Source: Kosakonia oryziphila | GTDB lineage: Bacteria > Pseudomonadota > Gammaproteobacteria > Enterobacterales > Enterobacteriaceae | DNA length: 30,000 nt | NCBI RefSeq assembly: GCF_900094795.1 | Contig: NZ_FMBC01000014.1 | Span: 56,107-86,106, forward strand | Reading direction: 5' to 3' | Shown: in pieces, positions 27,150 through 30,000 of the stretch | How positions within the stretch are numbered: position 1 is the stretch's first letter | How the letters are laid out: each line of letters opens with the position of its first letter | The notes under the pieces: generated by a model | Databases searched by the model: none | Told to the model about the DNA's origin: nothing | What the model saw: only the letters and a program-made list of their open reading frames with translations | Program-made: the position numbers and the translations under genes

Positions 27150-27536
27150 GATGCGTTCCTGGTCTCGGGGACAGCAACAACAGGAAAATCGGGACCGTGG
27201 TGTTCACTGGTATACCGATCAGGCGCGCCAGGGCAGCGAAATACATGGGTATGTTGCTGCCAGCATACCGCCGGGTGCGTCGGCGGGGAGCGTTCTATAT
27301 TCTGCTACCGGGTTGCAGGCTGGAGCAGGTTTTGCGCACGAATCCGGGGAAAAGAGATTCTGGTACAAAAAGACACCACGCTGCACATTACGCTGTCGCC
27401 TGGCGTCAGCGATGCTACAGAGAATGGTGATTACGATTTCGAATCCCTACAGTCTGTTGCTGATCGTCGCCTGTACCGTGTGAAAAACAACGGCCGCAAT
27501 CAGGTGTGTTTTACGGACGACGTGCCGAAGAAATGA
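27150..27536 (+). pseudogene. dgcQ: decayed remnant of diguanylate cyclase DgcQ (YedQ)
   Basis: Homologous pieces lie in all three + frames. Frame 1 has QQENRDRGVHWYTDQ (cf. E. coli RENRHRAVRWFTSQ). Frame 0 has AGCVGGE (the GGEEF site, broken). Frame 2 has FYILLPGCRLEQV. Frame 0 then resumes with [59 protein letters not shown]...*. There is no start codon and only about 130 of about 560 codons remain. The K-12 position (yodC - dgcQ - convergent yedP) is conserved. Confidence 0.7.
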
Positions 27537-28330
27537 TCCATACCTTCGCGCCAGCCTGCCGCGCCTTCCTGCATTGTGTGATAAACCCGTTTAGGTGAAT
27601 CCTGAAGCAATTGTACACCCTGGCGATTGAGGCCTTTCACCACGATAGCGTAATCAACGCTATCTAACAGCGGTGCATCGTTAGGGCCATCGCCGAGGCC
27701 GAGCGTTAGCGCGCGATGGCCCCGGTAGTGGTGATACTGACGCGTGAGCCAGTTAACGGCCTGATCTTTTCCACTGCGTTCATCCAGAACGTGCCAGAAG
27801 CGCGCGCCCTGCACAAAGCGCAGACCGAGTTGCTGAAGGGTTTTATCGAAGGCGGACATCGCCTCGTCGCTGTCACGCCAGATCAGCGTTTCTGACGCTT
27901 CCTGCAGACGTGCAAGATTTGCTTGCGCCAGGGGTAAACCGGTCACTTCTGCCAGCACATGCGCATCCAACTCGCCAAAAGTGGTGAATTTCCAGCCATG
28001 CTGCTGACGTAACCGGGCCAGTATGCTGGCAATATCAGCATGGGGCGAACCGTTGATAATACGCGGGTAATCCTCATGATCCTGCCACTGCTCATCAAGC
28101 TGAATGACGGCGCCGTTTTCAGCTATAAACGGCAGTCCTTGCAGTTGCAGCAATTTCTGAATGGCCATCATCTCTGCGGCCGTTTTGCTGCTGCATAAAA
28201 TGACCGGGATTGACTGCTCGCGAAGGCGAACAAGCCATTCTGCTGCGGCTTGCCAGTCGCCGGTATGGTTATCGAACAGCGTGCCATCGACATCGGTAAA
28301 TACCAGTAGGGGATCGTCCAGACTCGGCAT
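27500..28330 (-). CDS. yedP: mannosyl-3-phosphoglycerate phosphatase-like HAD hydrolase
   Basis: The start is the ATG at 28330 with an AGGAG RBS ([20 protein letters not shown]...), giving 276 aa. The product has HAD motifs DVDGT, CSSKT and [12 protein letters not shown] and is collinear with E. coli YedP. The track's start at 28381 has no RBS. Confidence 0.9.
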   Translation of the reverse strand: MPSLDDPLLVFTDVDGTLFDNHTGDWQAAAEWLVRLREQSIPVILCSSKTAAEMMAIQKLLQLQGLPFIAENGAVIQLDEQWQDHEDYPRIINGSPHADIASILARLRQQHGWKFTTFGELDAHVLAEVTGLPLAQANLARLQEASETLIWRDSDEAMSAFDKTLQQLGLRFVQGARFWHVLDERSGKDQAVNWLTRQYHHYRGHRALTLGLGDGPNDAPLLDSVDYAIVVKGLNRQGVQLLQDSPKRVYHTMQEGAAGWREGMDHFFGTSSVKHT

Positions 28331-28425
28331 GTTCAGCTCCTTATCATTCGGAAAAGGGCAGGCGGCAGGTATTACGTCCAACAGAATACAGTTGTATTTC
28401 TAATTATTCGCCTGATCAATAGTTC

Positions 28426-28454
28426 TTGTCATCGTCCGTTTTTGTCGATACAGT
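28426..28454 (+). promoter_or_regulatory. sigma-70 promoter of dsrA
   Basis: TTGTCA, a 17-nt spacer, TACAGT. The A at 28461 lies 7 nt downstream and corresponds to the DsrA 5' end. Confidence 0.55.
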
Positions 28455-28460
28455 TTCGCG

Positions 28461-28547
28461 ACATCAGATTCCCTGATGTACGAATTTTAAGTGCTTCTTG
28501 CGAAAGCAAGGTTTATCCCGGCCATTGTACGGCCGGGATGTTTCTTC
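28461..28547 (+). ncRNA. dsrA: DsrA small regulatory RNA
   Basis: The sequence ACATCAGATTCCCTGATGTACGAATTTTAAGTGCTTCTTGCGAAAGCAAGGTTTATCCCGGCCATTGTACGGCCGGGATGTTTCTTC aligns with E. coli DsrA as I recall it. The AAGTGCTTCTTGC core is conserved, three stem-loops are retained with compensatory changes, and the RNA is about 87 nt. The K-12 position between yedP and yodD is conserved. Confidence 0.85.
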
Positions 28548-28776
28548 AGCGATTCGCTTCCGTGATGCTGAAATCATGGACATCCAGTTCAAACGCCTCC
28601 GCCAGCTCCCGCCAGGTATGGTACTCGCGACCATCAACGCTGACGCGCTGACCCTCTTCATCTTCAATCCGATGAACTTCGCTTTCGCTAATTTCATTAA
28701 TGGCCGCCAGTAGCGCATCAACGTCAATATCGACGTCTCGCTTGACGGTATTGCTGTACTCTTTTGCCGTTTTCAT
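28546..28776 (-). CDS. yodD: small stress-induced protein YodD
   Basis: The start is the ATG at 28776 with a GAGGTG RBS. The product MKTAKEYSNTVKRDVDIDVDALLAAINEISESEVHR...VSVDGREYHTWRELAEAFELDVHDFSITEANR (76 aa) is collinear with E. coli YodD. The track's ORF is extended at the N-terminus. Confidence 0.88.
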   Translation of the reverse strand: MKTAKEYSNTVKRDVDIDVDALLAAINEISESEVHRIEDEEGQRVSVDGREYHTWRELAEAFELDVHDFSITEANR

Positions 28777-28902
28777 GTCGTCACCTCGTTGCAATGCCAT
28801 TGTTAAGTATAGACGGTTGAAAAAATCGCCAGCTAAACGCCGGGACGCTGCCAGCACCGGCGTTTTGTTCTACACTGGCGTAAATGCGACAGGAGGGTAA
28901 AT

Positions 28903-29091
28903 ATGAAGGTCAACGATCGGGTTACAGTCAAAACGGACGGAGGTCCACGCCGTCCGGGTGTGGTATTGGCTGTTGAAGCATTCAATGAAGGTACGATGTA
29001 CCTTGTATCACTTGAAGATTACCCGCTCGGTATTTGGTTTTTTAACGAAAAGGACCACCCTGATGGGACTTTTGTCGAGCGAGTAGAATAA
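28903..29091 (+). CDS. dsrB: DsrB protein
   Basis: The 62-aa product [47 protein letters not shown]... is collinear with E. coli DsrB. A GGAGGG RBS precedes the start. Confidence 0.92.
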   Translation: MKVNDRVTVKTDGGPRRPGVVLAVEAFNEGTMYLVSLEDYPLGIWFFNEKDHPDGTFVERVE

Positions 29092-29096
29092 TATTT

Positions 29097-29118
29097 CGCC
29101 CTCCAGCCAGGGAGGGTG
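29097..29118. terminator. hairpin between convergent dsrB and rcsA (probable terminator)
   Basis: The sequence cgccctcc-agccag-ggagggtg forms the hairpin. On both strands the T-runs lie 5' rather than 3' of the stem, so its function as a terminator is uncertain. Confidence 0.35.
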
Positions 29119-29135
29119 AAAAGAGTACTACTTTT

Positions 29136-29759
29136 CTAACGCATATTAACAAATATACCCGTCGTGACATTGTCGGTAAGGCGTACAACATGGTAAATAA
29201 CTTGTTTATTATGCGTTTTTATTTTTCTTTTTATATTACCTTTATGTGAAGATACCGTCTTGGCTTTAATATTCATCTGATCCGATATTTGAATCGTATC
29301 TTTCCCTGACATCCACATTTTCAACATGCTGGACTCTGTACGGCTCAATGAAAGCGTGGGTAAATTAATGGTTTCAACGCTTTTTTTCTTCTTGCTAAGA
29401 TAATCTCCCAGAATATTGTCCAGTGACTCAGGTTTGATTGATTTAGAACTAATCAATAAATTTTTACGAACCAAAAGATATTCATCGAAATGAATGTTGG
29501 CTATCGCCATAAACACGATAAACAGTGTTCGGGGATGTTGGTTAATGACTTGCTTTATGTGTTGACTGCTGCTTGGGTCATGTATAAAGCAGTCCTCATT
29601 AATAAATACCACAGATGGCTGAAATGTGGCGCAAGCTGATTCGAGCTCATCAACGGTTTGTACATCGTTGATTTCTCGCTTTTTAACCCCCCGACTTGTC
29701 AGATACCCTGTTAGTCCCAACCGGGTATAACTGCATAAATCCATAATAATCGTTGACAT
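29136..29759 (-). CDS. rcsA: colanic-acid capsule transcriptional co-activator RcsA (LuxR/FixJ-type HTH)
   Basis: The 207-aa product [31 protein letters not shown]...[71 protein letters not shown] is collinear with E. coli RcsA. Confidence 0.95.
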   Translation of the reverse strand: MSTIIMDLCSYTRLGLTGYLTSRGVKKREINDVQTVDELESACATFQPSVVFINEDCFIHDPSSSQHIKQVINQHPRTLFIVFMAIANIHFDEYLLVRKNLLISSKSIKPESLDNILGDYLSKKKKSVETINLPTLSLSRTESSMLKMWMSGKDTIQISDQMNIKAKTVSSHKGNIKRKIKTHNKQVIYHVVRLTDNVTTGIFVNMR

Positions 29760-29901
29760 GGCAGACCCTCACTCAATGCGTAACGATAATTCACCACCCG
29801 CCAGAAGCTTCCGAAGCCATACAGGAACAACATATATTACTGAAGTGCAGGGTGAAGACTTCAGGCGAATCCACTATCCAGTAAAGTTCTGTATAATTTG
29901 C

Positions 29902-29915
29902 CAGGAATCATCTTA
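29902..29915 (-). promoter_or_regulatory. candidate RcsAB box upstream of rcsA
   Basis: The minus strand reads TAAGATGATTCCTG, matching the recalled consensus TAAGAATATTCCTA at 11 of 14 positions. It lies about 145 nt upstream of the rcsA ATG in an AT-rich region. Confidence 0.35.
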
Positions 29916-30000
29916 AAGTAAAGTAAATGTTATGTTCTGTGAGACGGATAAAAACAAATAAGCCGCGCCAGATATATGTTGGAGGATGTTTTGCAAATTT

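Noticed and set aside
27151-27483. 110-aa and 77-aa (27197..27430) + strand ORFs taken as genes
   Set aside because: Both are fragments of different frames of the decayed dgcQ. Neither contains a complete GGDEF domain.
28442-28727. ORFs of 69-87 aa on both strands overlapping dsrA and yodD
   Set aside because: They overlap the well-supported DsrA RNA and the yodD CDS. They have no RBS and no family resemblance.
1-30000. CRISPR arrays, IS elements, transposases, prophage genes, toxin-antitoxin pairs and defence-system-like operons
   Set aside because: I found no spaced direct-repeat arrays. Apart from the short relic at 8135-8288, no integrase or transposase-like ORFs are present. Every long ORF is accounted for by a recognisable housekeeping gene.

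Overview
The window is a dense enterobacterial chromosomal segment, with proteins roughly 70-90% identical to the E. coli K-12 sequences as I recall them (probably a Citrobacter/Escherichia/Salmonella relative). Almost everything is recognisable core metabolism or regulation. From left to right: a partial alpha/beta hydrolase; an M24B aminopeptidase with amn; a TetR regulator with a YhdH/AcuI-type reductase; a YjfB-family small gene with a near-consensus sigma-28 promoter; tRNA-Asn; mtfA; tRNA-Ser(CGA) serU. Next comes the complete fadK-ydiTSRQ / ydiP / ydiO-ydiF / aroD-ydiB-ydiN / ydiM-ydiL block. After that are a YedR-like membrane peptide, yedJ, vsr, yedA, yedI, yodC, a decayed dgcQ, yedP, the DsrA sRNA, yodD, dsrB and rcsA. 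I see no CRISPR array, no intact mobile element and no convincing new multi-gene system. The observations worth a second look are smaller in scale. (1) The 14-kb ydi/aroD/fadK block lies between serU and yedJ, bounded by AT-rich spacers, and an integrase-N-terminus-like relic sits next to the tRNA. (2) vsr is present but dcm is entirely absent, and vsr starts 12 nt after the yedJ stop. (3) dgcQ is reduced to a frameshifted remnant of about 390 bp. (4) A ~155-bp imperfect palindromic element lies in the ydiN-ydiM spacer, and its terminal motif recurs upstream of the YedR-like ORF. (5) There are unexplained perfect or near-perfect palindromes upstream of ydiF and in the left-end divergent spacer. 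(6) A 39-aa ORF with a signal peptide is missing from the ORF track and lies antisense to what looks like a decayed SDR gene. All homology statements rest on my recollection of E. coli K-12 proteins and RNAs plus motifs visible in the translations; no searches were run.
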